60,190 nucleotides of DNA, taken from the NCBI GenBank assembly GCA_035471625.1, contig DATIPT010000025.1, positions 1-60,190 of the forward strand, read 5' to 3'. The notes below the pieces were generated by a model. It was not told where the DNA came from. It searched no databases and saw nothing but the letters and a program-made list of their open reading frames with translations. A program made the position numbers and the translations under genes. The first letter of the stretch is position 1. Every line of letters starts with the position of its first letter. Origin of the DNA: Anaerolineales bacterium. GTDB taxonomy: Bacteria > Chloroflexota > Anaerolineae > Anaerolineales > E44-bin32. Below, piece by piece: positions 8,813 through 17,310 of the stretch.

Positions 8813-9286
8813 ATGCCAGCTAAGGCAAAGAAGACCAAGAAGAAGACGACCAAGAAGACCGTGAAGAAGGCCAAGAAGCCGGTCAAGAAGACCGCCAAGA
8901 AGAAGGCCGTCAAGAAGACCACCAAGAAGAAGGCCGTCAAGAAGACCGCCAAGAAGACCACCAAGAAGAAGGCCGTCAAGAAGACCGCCAAGAAGCCCGC
9001 GGCCAAGAAGCCTGCGGCCAAGCCGGCGCCGACGATGGCCCCCTCTCCGATGACCCCACCGACGTCCGCAATGGGCATGCCCCCGGCCCCGATGGCCGCG
9101 CCGAAGCGGATACGCGCCGAGCACACTGTCGCGGTCGGCGATTCGCTGCGCTTGATTGCCCTGAAGTACTACGGGCCGGGCGGTCAGGAGAACTGGAAGG
9201 TTATCTACGACGCCAACAAGGCCGTCATCGGCGAGAACCCGTACATCCTGAAGCCGGGCCAGGTCCTCAAGATCCCTGAGCTGTAG
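8813..9286 (+). CDS. Lys-rich repeat (histone H1/AlgP-like) protein with a Pro-rich linker and C-terminal LysM domain
   Basis: GGGAGGAG lies 5 nt upstream of the ATG. The N-terminus is KKTxKK/KKKAVKKTA repeats. The C-terminus HTVAVGDSLRLIALKYYG...NWKVIYDANK...ILKPGQVLKIP is a LysM motif. No signal peptide is visible. Confidence 0.75.
   Translation: MPAKAKKTKKKTTKKTVKKAKKPVKKTAKKKAVKKTTKKKAVKKTAKKTTKKKAVKKTAKKPAAKKPAAKPAPTMAPSPMTPPTSAMGMPPAPMAAPKRIRAEHTVAVGDSLRLIALKYYGPGGQENWKVIYDANKAVIGENPYILKPGQVLKIPEL
8897..8986 (+). repeat. Three perfect copies of the 24-nt coding unit aagaagaaggccgtcaagaagacc (KKKAVKKT)
   Basis: Exact copies at 8897-8920, 8924-8947 and 8963-8986, all inside the Lys-rich N-terminus of the LysM gene. 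Confidence 0.85.
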
Positions 9287-9315
9287 GCCCAGGAAACCGG
9301 ATCGCAGGAAACCAG

Positions 9316-9347
9316 GCCCCCCGCTTCGGCGGGGGGCTTCTCTTTTT
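9316..9347. terminator. Rho-independent terminator between the convergent LysM gene and pyrD
   Basis: 9-bp G/C stem gccccccgc/gcggggggc with a ttcg tetraloop, followed by ttctcttttt on the plus strand. On the minus strand the stem is followed by ctggtttcc. Confidence 0.8.
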
Positions 9348-9360
9348 GTCGGCTCGAGGG

Positions 9361-10431
9361 TCAGCCGGGATCGGCCAGCCGTCTCAGCACGGCCGGCCCC
9401 TGATACACCATGGCCGTGTAGACCTGGACCAGCGACGCCCCGGCGTCAAGGGCAGCGATGTACTCGTCCCGCGAGGCGATCCCCCCGCAGGCGATCACGG
9501 GGATCCGGCCCGAAGTCGCCCGGGCGAACCTGCCGACCAAGTCCAGGGTCCGGGCAAACTGCGGTCGTCCGCTCAGGCCTCCGGATTCCGATCTCAGGGG
9601 AGATCGCACGCCGCGCCGTTCGGTCGTCGTATTGGTGGCTATGATCCCGTCGAGCCCCTGGTCGGCGATGGCGGCGACGACATCATCGATATCGGCGACG
9701 CCCAATTCGGGCGCCACCTTCACCAGCACCGGAGGCCGGCGACCCTCCAGGCGTCGCCGGGCCTCGGCGACGATTCTCAACAGGTCGTCGAGGAACGCTC
9801 GCGCCTGGAGGCGACGCAGCCCAAGCGTGTTGGGCGATGAGATGTTGATCACGAGGTAGTCCGCCACGGGATGAAAATGCTCGAAGAGCCGGAGGTAGTC
9901 CCTGGCGGCCTCGTCCAAGGGTGTCGAGGCGCCCTTGCCGAGGGAAACCCCGACGACGAGCCCCTCGGGTCGGCGGCCTCGTAGTCTCCGGACCACGTCT
10001 TCGGCGCCGCGCGATGGGAAGCCCATCCGATTCACCAGAGCTTCGTCTTCGACCAACCGAAAGAGTCTCGGACGCGGATTCCCGGGTTGAGGCTCCGGGG
10101 TGACGGTCCCGACTTCGATGTGACCAAAGCCCAGTGCCCCAAGCCCCGTCAGGCAAACACCATCCTTGTCGTAACCCGCCGCCAGACCCAGGGGATGGCG
10201 AAAGCGGAGGCCGAAGGCATCAACGGGTGCTCCGGGGAATCGAGGCGCAAAGGTCCGGCGCAGCCAATGCTCCGCCCCAGGAAGCGACGCGAAGGTGCGA
10301 AGAAACCGCAGGGTTAGCCCGTGCGCCGTCTCCGGGTCCAGGCGGAACAGCAGGGGTCGGAGCGCGCGGTATAGGTCCAGGGAATCGGCCTCAACCGGGG
10401 GACGTTCGGAGGAAACGCCTTGCGGCTTCAA
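9361..10431 (-). CDS. pyrD: Dihydroorotate dehydrogenase (class 2, quinone-type)
   Basis: LYRALRPLLFRLDPETAH...HPLGLAAGYDKDG...GFGHIEVGTVTPEPQPGNPRPRLFRL..EALVNRMGF. TTG start, overlapping the end of pyrF::pyrE. Confidence 0.9.
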   Translation of the reverse strand: MKPQGVSSERPPVEADSLDLYRALRPLLFRLDPETAHGLTLRFLRTFASLPGAEHWLRRTFAPRFPGAPVDAFGLRFRHPLGLAAGYDKDGVCLTGLGALGFGHIEVGTVTPEPQPGNPRPRLFRLVEDEALVNRMGFPSRGAEDVVRRLRGRRPEGLVVGVSLGKGASTPLDEAARDYLRLFEHFHPVADYLVINISSPNTLGLRRLQARAFLDDLLRIVAEARRRLEGRRPPVLVKVAPELGVADIDDVVAAIADQGLDGIIATNTTTERRGVRSPLRSESGGLSGRPQFARTLDLVGRFARATSGRIPVIACGGIASRDEYIAALDAGASLVQVYTAMVYQGPAVLRRLADPG

Positions 10432-11836
10432 TGAGGCCCGGCTCGATCCGACCGGACCGCTCCCAGTGATCGAGCAGCTCTCCGAGAGTGTAGACGGAAT
10501 GCAGTCGCACGCCGGCGCCGGTCAGCGCCTCGGCTGCACCGGATTGGCGGTCGACCAGGACGACGACGTCGGTGACCCGCAGGCCCGCATCCCGCAGGCG
10601 TTCAATCGCGTCGAGCTTGCTACCGCCGGTCGTCGCCAGATCATCGACAACAACGACGACTTCGCCAGGCGCGAACGCACCCTCCACCATGCGCCTGGTC
10701 CCGTGCTCCTTGACCTCCAAGCGCGGATAGACCATCGGCCATCCTGCGTCCAGCGCCAGGGCGCCCCCAATCGCCATCGCCCCATACGGGATCGCCGCCA
10801 GCCGGTCGAAGGCGAGTCCGGCCAGGATCGCGCGATAGGCATTCACTACCGTCCCCAGCAACTTCGGGAAGGAGGCCACGCGCCGGAGATCGATGTAGAA
10901 CGGCGAACGCAGGCCAGACTTCAGGGTGAACTCGCCGAACTGGATGCACCCCGTCTCCACGAGGGCATCGGCCAACATTCCCCGTTCTCCGGTGAGCCCT
11001 TCGATGGGCGCCGGTTGGCGACGATGGCGGTTGATCTCGTCGCACAGTCGCCGTGCCTCGGCCGAAGGGTCGGCGGCGAGAGACAGCGCCCGCGCAACCG
11101 GAAGGACCATCCCCAGGCCATCCGGCCGGAGACCGGCGTTCAACGCCGGCTCGATTTCTCCACCTTGCGGGCCGACACCGGGCGCCAGGATCCACATGGA
11201 CGCCGCGATGTCCCGGACGCTGCGCAGCGCGACCGGATCGGTGGCGCCGACGACCAGCCCAAGGTCCCCGGCCGGCCCCCAGGCCTGGGCCTGGCGGGCG
11301 ACGCGTTGGTAGACCGTCTCCCCTCCGACCAGCCGGACGTCCTGGATCTCCCCGGCACCCGGGTTCGACGTCTTGCACAGGACGAAGATGCCCCGCCCGG
11401 CATGCGCCAGGAAAGGCTCCACGGCATCGCGACCGAGATACGGGCTGAGGGTGACGGCGTCGGCTTGCAGTTCCGCGAAGATCGAGCGCGCGTAGGCACG
11501 CGCCGTGCTGGCGATGTCGCCTCGCTTGGCGTCGAGGATCACCGGGGCATGGAGCCTGGCAGCTTGGATCACGTCCCTCAACGCTTCCCAGCCGGCCGGG
11601 CCCAGTGCTTCGAAGAAGGCCGCGTTCGGCTTGAAGGCGCAGGCCACAGCCGCCGTCGCCTCGATGAGCCGAAGGCACCAGGCGCGGGCGGCCTCCGGCG
11701 CAGCGGACCCCACCAACTCGGGATGCGGGTCGAGCCCAACGCATAGCAGCGAATCGACGGTCTTCGCTCGCGCCTCAAGTTGGACGAAGAACGGCGCGGG
11801 CTGACCGCTGCCCGACCCCTCGGCGCGCTCCGTCAC
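10391..11836 (-). CDS. pyrF/pyrE: Fused orotidine-5'-phosphate decarboxylase (N-terminal) and orotate phosphoribosyltransferase (C-terminal)
   Basis: The N-terminal half has LCVGLDPHPE...ILDAKRGDIASTA (OMP decarboxylase). The C-terminal half has IQFGEFTLKSGLRSPFYIDLR...VVVVDDLATTGGSK (the PRPP-binding motif of OPRT). GTG start. Confidence 0.85.
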   Translation of the reverse strand: MTERAEGSGSGQPAPFFVQLEARAKTVDSLLCVGLDPHPELVGSAAPEAARAWCLRLIEATAAVACAFKPNAAFFEALGPAGWEALRDVIQAARLHAPVILDAKRGDIASTARAYARSIFAELQADAVTLSPYLGRDAVEPFLAHAGRGIFVLCKTSNPGAGEIQDVRLVGGETVYQRVARQAQAWGPAGDLGLVVGATDPVALRSVRDIAASMWILAPGVGPQGGEIEPALNAGLRPDGLGMVLPVARALSLAADPSAEARRLCDEINRHRRQPAPIEGLTGERGMLADALVETGCIQFGEFTLKSGLRSPFYIDLRRVASFPKLLGTVVNAYRAILAGLAFDRLAAIPYGAMAIGGALALDAGWPMVYPRLEVKEHGTRRMVEGAFAPGEVVVVVDDLATTGGSKLDAIERLRDAGLRVTDVVVLVDRQSGAAEALTGAGVRLHSVYTLGELLDHWERSGRIEPGLIEAARRFLRTSPG

Positions 11837-11841
11837 GGGGC

Positions 11842-12840
11842 TCAGGCCTTCCCCAGCACCATCGCCAGCAGAGCCATGCGGACGTACAGTCCGTACTCCA
11901 TCTGGCGGAAGTACGCCGCCCGGGGATCCTCATCGACGTCCATGCTGATCTCGCCGACGCGAGGCAGGGGATGCATCACGATCATCGTATCCTTCGCCCG
12001 CCGCAGGGTCTCCGGCGTGATGACATAGGCGCTCTTGACCTTCTCGTAGACCTCCAGATCGTCGAAGCGCTCCTTCTGGACGCGGGTGACGTAGAGCACA
12101 TCGGTCTCGGTCAGGCTGTCGTCAAGGTCGGTATGCTCGCTTTGAGGGATGCCCTGCTCCCCGATCTCGGCCACGAGATCGGCCGGCATCCGCAGGATCT
12201 CCGGCGAGACGTACGCCAGCCGGACCTGGAACAGTGACAGCAGCCGGGCCAACGAATGCACCGTCCGCCCGTACTTGAGGTCGCCGAGCATCGTCACCGT
12301 CAGACCATCGATCCGTCCCAATTCCTCGAGGATCGTGAACAGGTCGAGCAGGGCCTGGGTCGGATGCTCGCCGATCCCGTCGCCGGCGTTGATGACCGGC
12401 TTGCGAGCATATTGCGCCGCCTGGGCCGAAGCGCCGACCTCCGGATGGCGCAGCACGATCACATCGGCATAGCACTCTAGGGTTCGCACCGTATCCGGCA
12501 GGGACTCCCCCTTGGATACGGACGAGTAGCGGACCTCGTTGATCGGGATGACGCTACCGCCCAGCCGTTCCATCGCCGACGTGAAGGACGATGAAGTGCG
12601 TGTGGATGGCTCATAGAACAGGTTCGCCAGGATCTTCCCTTTGAGCAGGTCGAAGGTTCCCACCCGTTCGACCATCGCCCGCATCTCGGCCGCGACCTCG
12701 AAGATCGTTTCGAGATCGCTTCGGCTGAACTGCTTGACCGACAGGATGTCCTTCCCGTAGAAGGGCGCCTCGCGCCGGTCTCCAAAGGGAAGATGCGGAC
12801 TGCGGGTCCGGCGTTTGGTCGGGGGAACGAAGGTTGCCAT
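11842..12840 (-). CDS. pyrB: Aspartate carbamoyltransferase catalytic chain
   Basis: [24 protein letters not shown] and HPLPR motifs; 332 aa. Confidence 0.92.
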   Translation of the reverse strand: MATFVPPTKRRTRSPHLPFGDRREAPFYGKDILSVKQFSRSDLETIFEVAAEMRAMVERVGTFDLLKGKILANLFYEPSTRTSSSFTSAMERLGGSVIPINEVRYSSVSKGESLPDTVRTLECYADVIVLRHPEVGASAQAAQYARKPVINAGDGIGEHPTQALLDLFTILEELGRIDGLTVTMLGDLKYGRTVHSLARLLSLFQVRLAYVSPEILRMPADLVAEIGEQGIPQSEHTDLDDSLTETDVLYVTRVQKERFDDLEVYEKVKSAYVITPETLRRAKDTMIVMHPLPRVGEISMDVDEDPRAAYFRQMEYGLYVRMALLAMVLGKA

Positions 12841-12869
12841 GCGACTCCTCTCTGGGCCTCCCGATCCGA

Positions 12870-13937
12870 CTAGGTCGGCGAGGCCGCGCGCACATCCCTG
12901 CCGGTCCCGGGCTCCGCCAGGACACGGCCGTCTTCCAAAGCGGGGCGGCCGCGCAGGGTCACGCGGCGAACCCTGGCGCGCAACCGCATCCCCTCAAAGG
13001 GCGTCCACCTACAGCGCGAGTTGAGATCGGCGGCGTGCACGTCCCAGGCGGATTGCGGGTCGACCTCGATCCAGGTCTCGGCCTGCTCAGGGAGGCCGTA
13101 TATCCGACCCGGATTCGTGTGCATCCGCAGAACCAGTTCCTCGGTCGACAGGCGACCTTCGTGGACGGCCTCCCACAGGATTGCCAGAGCCGTCTCGAGA
13201 CCGGGGAATCCCGGTGGAGGCTGTTCGCCGTCCTTCTCCGCAGCGGTATGGGGTGCGTGATCGGTGGCGAAGCAATCGATGACGGCGAGGTTGTCCCAGA
13301 GGGCGTGGCGATCTCCGGCAGTCGCCAGGGGGGGCCGGACGCCGGCGCGCTTCAGGCCGATCACCCGAATGTCGTCCTCCGTCAGGAACAGGTGATGCGG
13401 CGTGACCTCGCACGTGACGGCGACGCCCTTCTCCTTGGCGGAGCGAATGAGCAGGATCTCGTCCCGCCGGCTGACGTGGCAAATGTGGATCGGCCGCCCG
13501 GCCAGGTGGCCAAGGAGCAGCGCAAGGGCCAGGCTGCGGCCCTCGGCGTGGGCGGCGATCGGTCGGTCGGCCGGCCAGGCGGCGACATGTCGGTGGACCG
13601 TCTCCTGGTCGTCGAGGCGCAGGAGTCCGAAGGTGTGATCGAGGTACAGCTTGAGGCCGACGGTCGCCGGGGCTAGGGCGGCGACCGAGGTGAAGTTGTC
13701 CGCCCCGGCGCCGGCGAACAGGCCATAGTCACAGCGGGCCCGGCTTCGGGCTGCTTGCTGGGTAGCGCCGAGCCCGGCTTGATCCGTGAGGGGCGGCCGC
13801 GTGTTCGGCATCGCCAGAACGGCGGTGAATCCACCGGCCAGGGCCGCGGCGGTCCCCGAGTCGAAGTCCTCCTTGTGGGTCTCCCCCGGGTCGCGCAGGT
13901 GGACGTGCGGATCGATCAGTCCTGGCAACCGGATCAT
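12870..13937 (-). CDS. pyrC: Dihydroorotase
   Basis: [13 protein letters not shown]...[15 protein letters not shown], the metal-binding amidohydrolase signature. I prefer the ATG at 13937 (GGAG 9 nt upstream) over the TTG at 13952 used by the ORF track. Confidence 0.85.
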   Translation of the reverse strand: MIRLPGLIDPHVHLRDPGETHKEDFDSGTAAALAGGFTAVLAMPNTRPPLTDQAGLGATQQAARSRARCDYGLFAGAGADNFTSVAALAPATVGLKLYLDHTFGLLRLDDQETVHRHVAAWPADRPIAAHAEGRSLALALLLGHLAGRPIHICHVSRRDEILLIRSAKEKGVAVTCEVTPHHLFLTEDDIRVIGLKRAGVRPPLATAGDRHALWDNLAVIDCFATDHAPHTAAEKDGEQPPPGFPGLETALAILWEAVHEGRLSTEELVLRMHTNPGRIYGLPEQAETWIEVDPQSAWDVHAADLNSRCRWTPFEGMRLRARVRRVTLRGRPALEDGRVLAEPGTGRDVRAASPT

Positions 13938-13963
13938 TGCCTGGGACTCCAAGACAAACCGGC

Positions 13964-13990
13964 AAAAAAAGAGAGCCCGAAGGCTCTTCT
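13964..13990 (-). terminator. Attenuator-type intrinsic terminator inside the pyr leader, about 25 nt upstream of the pyrC start
   Basis: The minus strand reads gaAGAGCCuucgGGCUCUcUUUUUUUgcc: a 6-bp stem, a UUCG loop and a run of seven U. It lies between the promoter at 14078-14105 and the pyrC ATG. Confidence 0.6.
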
Positions 13991-14077
13991 GCGATGGTCA
14001 AGGGAAACCCGCCGGGGGGCGGGTTCCAGGCATCGTCCGTGGCAGGCATCTATCACCATCATCCTGCAACCCGGACG

Positions 14078-14105
14078 ATTGTAGGGCATTCGCAGGAGGT
14101 GTCAA
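14078..14105 (-). promoter_or_regulatory. Near-consensus sigma-70-type promoter of the pyr operon (TTGACA-N16-TACAAT)
   Basis: The minus strand reads cTTGACAcctcctgcgaatgcccTACAATcg. The -35 is at 14105-14100 and the -10 at 14083-14078, about 140 nt upstream of pyrC. Confidence 0.6.
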
Positions 14106-14166
14106 GCTTGGGCATCGCTCCTGGCCGGCGCGTCGCTTGACACGCACGGAGCCCGCGACCACGGGC

Positions 14167-14673
14167 CTAGACCGGTCGGATCCGCACCAATCGGTAGTCC
14201 TCCGTCAGGCGCTCCAGTTCGGGGTCACTCACCCGCCGCGGGTTGATCCCGGCCAGGTAGGCGGCGAACCCGCTGGCGATCAGCACCCGCCGGACAAGAC
14301 TCGCTCGCTCGACAGATCGGCTGATGTCCTCGGCGACGCCCGACCAGCGAGCTCGCGGCAGCCGGACCTCGACACGGGGATCGGCCATCAGGTTCTGATA
14401 CCAGTCGGAGCGGCGGCCGAAGCCAGAAAGGCACAGGACCGCCTCACCATCCGGCGCGAAGTTAACCGGTGTTTCGCGCCGCTTCCCGGACACGCGGCCC
14501 ATATGCGCGATCACCATGATCCGCCCACCGACGGCCGGCCAGCTGTTGAGCATCGGGCCGAGGCCGAGGTTCCATAGCATGAGCATGAACCGGTTGAACG
14601 ACCGGAAGGCAAACCGCAGCCGTTGATCGCTCTGCGAACCTCTGCGGCGAGATCGTGGCGCCGACGTGTTCAT
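14167..14673 (-). CDS. DUF385 / deazaflavin-dependent nitroreductase-family oxidoreductase
   Basis: GRVSGKRRETPVNFAPDGEAVLCLSGFGRRSDWYQNLMADPRVEVRL matches the family pattern G+xSGxxRxTP...DWYxNLxAxPxVxV. Confidence 0.7.
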   Translation of the reverse strand: MNTSAPRSRRRGSQSDQRLRFAFRSFNRFMLMLWNLGLGPMLNSWPAVGGRIMVIAHMGRVSGKRRETPVNFAPDGEAVLCLSGFGRRSDWYQNLMADPRVEVRLPRARWSGVAEDISRSVERASLVRRVLIASGFAAYLAGINPRRVSDPELERLTEDYRLVRIRPV

Positions 14674-14733
14674 CGCGAACCTGCCAACGGGCTCTCTCCG
14701 GGGAAGCGGCCCCTCCTCGCGACGACGGACGTG

Positions 14734-15180
14734 TCAGCTCGCGGCGGCCAGCTGGACCCGGGTGGCGGTCAGCCGGTCACGCAGGGTGATCGCCACATTC
14801 GTCATCATCAGGTAGCCCCAAGCGGGGTTGTCCAAGCAGAGCGCCAGCAACTTCGCCCCATCGATGGCGATCAAGACTCCCGGCTTGCGCGCCACGCCGG
14901 TCGCTGTCAGGATGTGCGGTTCGAGCAGCGCCGACCAGGCCATCGTGTCGCCGGCGACAAGTGTGTCGACGACGACCCGCTTGCCGCCGCGCAACTCGTA
15001 GCGCACCTCGACCTCCCCGGATTCGAGGAACATCAGGTGTGTGGCCCGGTTGCCCTCGACGAAGAGCTCCTCGTCGGCGGCGAAGCTGCGCTCCTTGGAA
15101 ATGCTTGCCACTTCCCGGAGCAGTGCGTCGGGCGCGCCGGCGCAGTGCGGTTGTCGGCGAAGTCGTTCGGGTGAGATCAT
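14734..15180 (-). CDS. Stand-alone cyclic-nucleotide-binding (CAP effector-type) domain protein with no output domain
   Basis: 148 aa. FAADEELFVEGNRATHLMFLESGEVEVRYELRGGKRVVVDTLVAGDTMAWSALL is a cNMP-binding beta-roll pattern. There is no HTH. The start overlaps the protease stop (ATGA). Confidence 0.75.
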   Translation of the reverse strand: MISPERLRRQPHCAGAPDALLREVASISKERSFAADEELFVEGNRATHLMFLESGEVEVRYELRGGKRVVVDTLVAGDTMAWSALLEPHILTATGVARKPGVLIAIDGAKLLALCLDNPAWGYLMMTNVAITLRDRLTATRVQLAAAS

Positions 15181-15659
15181 GTCGCCTCCCTGTTCCTAGC
15201 GAGTGCGGCGAGAACGGCCTCGACGGCGCGCGGAATGGCGGCGGCCACCGCCGGTGTCATCGTCTCGCCAAAGGTCTCGACGTCTTCGGCCTCGATCCCG
15301 ATCAGCTGAACGGCATCGTTGGGCGGCAGCTTGGCCCCGGACCTCCGGCCGACGTCGAGCGCGGTCGGCAGATCGACGTCGTGGGTTGAGGCGCTGTGCC
15401 GCGTCGGGCGGCCGTCGAGGGGCAGTTGCTGGATCGTCCCCGGCTCGGCGCCGCTGAGCAGCGCATCAACGACGACGACCCGGTCGAAGCCGATCATCCG
15501 CTCCATCAGGCGCAGGCCGCCATGGGTATCCTCGGCGCACTCCGTCCCCTCCGGCAGGACTCGATCCCGCAGGGCGGCGACGATATGCAACCCGACTCCG
15601 TCGTCCCGCAAGAGGGGGTTCCCCAGACCGATGATCAGCGTCCGCGCGCCGTTCTTCAT
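15177..15659 (-). CDS. [NiFe]-hydrogenase maturation endopeptidase (for the Mvh large subunit)
   Basis: LIIGLGNPLLRDDGVG...VVVVDAL...HDVDL, the signature of HybD/HoxW/FrhD-type proteases. Confidence 0.8.
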   Translation of the reverse strand: MKNGARTLIIGLGNPLLRDDGVGLHIVAALRDRVLPEGTECAEDTHGGLRLMERMIGFDRVVVVDALLSGAEPGTIQQLPLDGRPTRHSASTHDVDLPTALDVGRRSGAKLPPNDAVQLIGIEAEDVETFGETMTPAVAAAIPRAVEAVLAALARNREAT

Positions 15660-15762
15660 CGATGACCTATCTATTCAACCTCGGGAAGGCCATTGCGGCG
15701 AAGTAATACCCTTCCCGATCTCGTCCATGACAGGCTCCTGGCGAGCCCTCCCCCGCAAAGCC

Positions 15763-15790
15763 GTAGGGGCGAAGCCCGCTTCGCCCCTAC
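15763..15790 (-). other. Perfect 12-bp stem / 4-nt loop hairpin in the 184-nt mvhA-protease spacer
   Basis: gtaggggcgaag-cccg-cttcgcccctac. No U-tract follows on the coding (minus) strand. Confidence 0.6.
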
Positions 15791-15843
15791 TCTGACAAGC
15801 TCAGACCTGCCACGCCTGGGGCCGGGGCCTCCAGGAGGTCGGT

Positions 15844-17310
15844 TCAATCCAGATTCTGCGTCAGCGCCTCGATGATCTCTCCATCCGGTCGGCGGATCCG
15901 CACTTCGAGCGGCATCTTCCCCGGCATCGTGTGGGTGGCGCAACCGAAGCACGGATCATAGGCCCGGAAGGCCATCTCGACCATGTTCAGCTTGCCTTGG
16001 GTGACTTGGCCCTTGTGGATCAGGGCCTCGGCCGCTTTCCTGACCGACATGGCGATCGGAGCGTAGTTGTTCGTCGTCCCGACAATCAGGTTGACCTCGG
16101 TCAGGATGCCGCGAGCGTCGGTCTTGTAGTGGTGGGTCAGCGTGCCGCGCGGCGCCTCGACGATCCCGATCCCTTCATCGGGGGTGGCGGTGGGCAGGGT
16201 CCGATAGTCGGGGCTGGTGATCTCCGGATCGGTCGCCAGTTCGATCCAGCGCTCGGTGGCGTACAGCAACTCGATCAAGCGGGCCCAGTGGGTGGCGAGC
16301 GTCTGATGGACCGGCTTCCCCCCGAGGGTCTTGTAGAACTCCTCGTAGGCTTCCTGGGCCTTCGGCGTCGCCATCCCGTCGGCGGCGTTCAGGCGCGAGA
16401 GCGGCGTGCACTTGTACACGCCCGACTCCTTGCCGTCGACGAAGCCCTTCCAACCGACCTTCTTCAGATAGGGGAACTTGAGGTACGACCACGGCTCGAC
16501 GTGCTCGGCGACGTTCTCCAGGTACTCATGCGGCACGTACTTGACCAGCTCCACGCCGTCCGGGTCGACGACGCGGATCTTCCCGTCGTAGAAGTTGACC
16601 TTGTTGTCGGCGTCGACCATGCCCATCGAGTAGGTCCGGTGGGCGTAGATATCACCCAGGATCAGGTCGACGTACGTCTTGTTGCCCAGGACGATGTCGC
16701 GGAAGGCCTGCAGCGAGAACAGCGCGAACTCGATCGCCTCGCGGCCGCGGGCCTCGATCTCCTTGCGCTGCTCCTCGTTGATCCCGCGGCTGACCCCGCC
16801 CGGCAGGCCCCAGTTCGGCTGCACCCGCCGGCCGGTCATCATCATGATCAGGTTGTGGCCGTCGCGGCGCATCTTGAGGACCTTGCCGGCCACGTCCATC
16901 CCGACCTTCTGGATCACCCCGAGGATGTTGCGCTCGGCCACCGGCGCTTCCGGGCCGACGATGAAGTCGGGCGCGCCGAGGGCGTAGAAGTGGGTGGTGT
17001 GATCGGTGGCGTAGAAGATGCTGTACATCAATTCGCGCAGCTTCTTGCCGGTCGGAGGCGGCTCGACGTGCCACAGGTCGTCCAGGGCCTTGGACGACGC
17101 CATGTGGTGCGCTTCGGGACACACGCCGCAGATCCGGTCGGTCAGGTTGGGCATGTCTTCGGCCTGGCGCCCGACGCAGAACTTCTCGAAACCGCGCAGT
17201 TCCGGGATCTGGAAGTAGGCGTTGGCGACGTCGCCATCCTCATTGAGGAAGATGTCGATCTTGCCGTGCCCTTCGAGGCGGGTGATCGGGTCGATCGAGA
17301 TGCGCGTCAT
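15844..17310 (-). CDS. mvhA: [NiFe]-hydrogenase large subunit, group 3c (methyl-viologen-reducing type)
   Basis: N-terminal RLEGHG...RICGVCPEAHH and C-terminal DPCFGCATH, followed by a cleavable tail. Confidence 0.9.
   Translation of the reverse strand: MTRISIDPITRLEGHGKIDIFLNEDGDVANAYFQIPELRGFEKFCVGRQAEDMPNLTDRICGVCPEAHHMASSKALDDLWHVEPPPTGKKLRELMYSIFYATDHTTHFYALGAPDFIVGPEAPVAERNILGVIQKVGMDVAGKVLKMRRDGHNLIMMMTGRRVQPNWGLPGGVSRGINEEQRKEIEARGREAIEFALFSLQAFRDIVLGNKTYVDLILGDIYAHRTYSMGMVDADNKVNFYDGKIRVVDPDGVELVKYVPHEYLENVAEHVEPWSYLKFPYLKKVGWKGFVDGKESGVYKCTPLSRLNAADGMATPKAQEAYEEFYKTLGGKPVHQTLATHWARLIELLYATERWIELATDPEITSPDYRTLPTATPDEGIGIVEAPRGTLTHHYKTDARGILTEVNLIVGTTNNYAPIAMSVRKAAEALIHKGQVTQGKLNMVEMAFRAYDPCFGCATHTMPGKMPLEVRIRRPDGEIIEALTQNLD

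Noticed and set aside
8819-9030. A highly repetitive aag/acc/gcc tract that could be mistaken for a minisatellite or a degenerate CRISPR-like array.
   Set aside because: It is in frame inside a gene with a good SD and encodes the Lys-rich repeats of the LysM protein. There are no spacer-like unique segments.
13729-14049. 106-aa minus-strand ORF covering the pyr leader and the start of pyrC.
   Set aside because: It is out of frame with pyrC, P/G/R-rich and without motifs. The region is better explained by the promoter, leader and attenuator described above.
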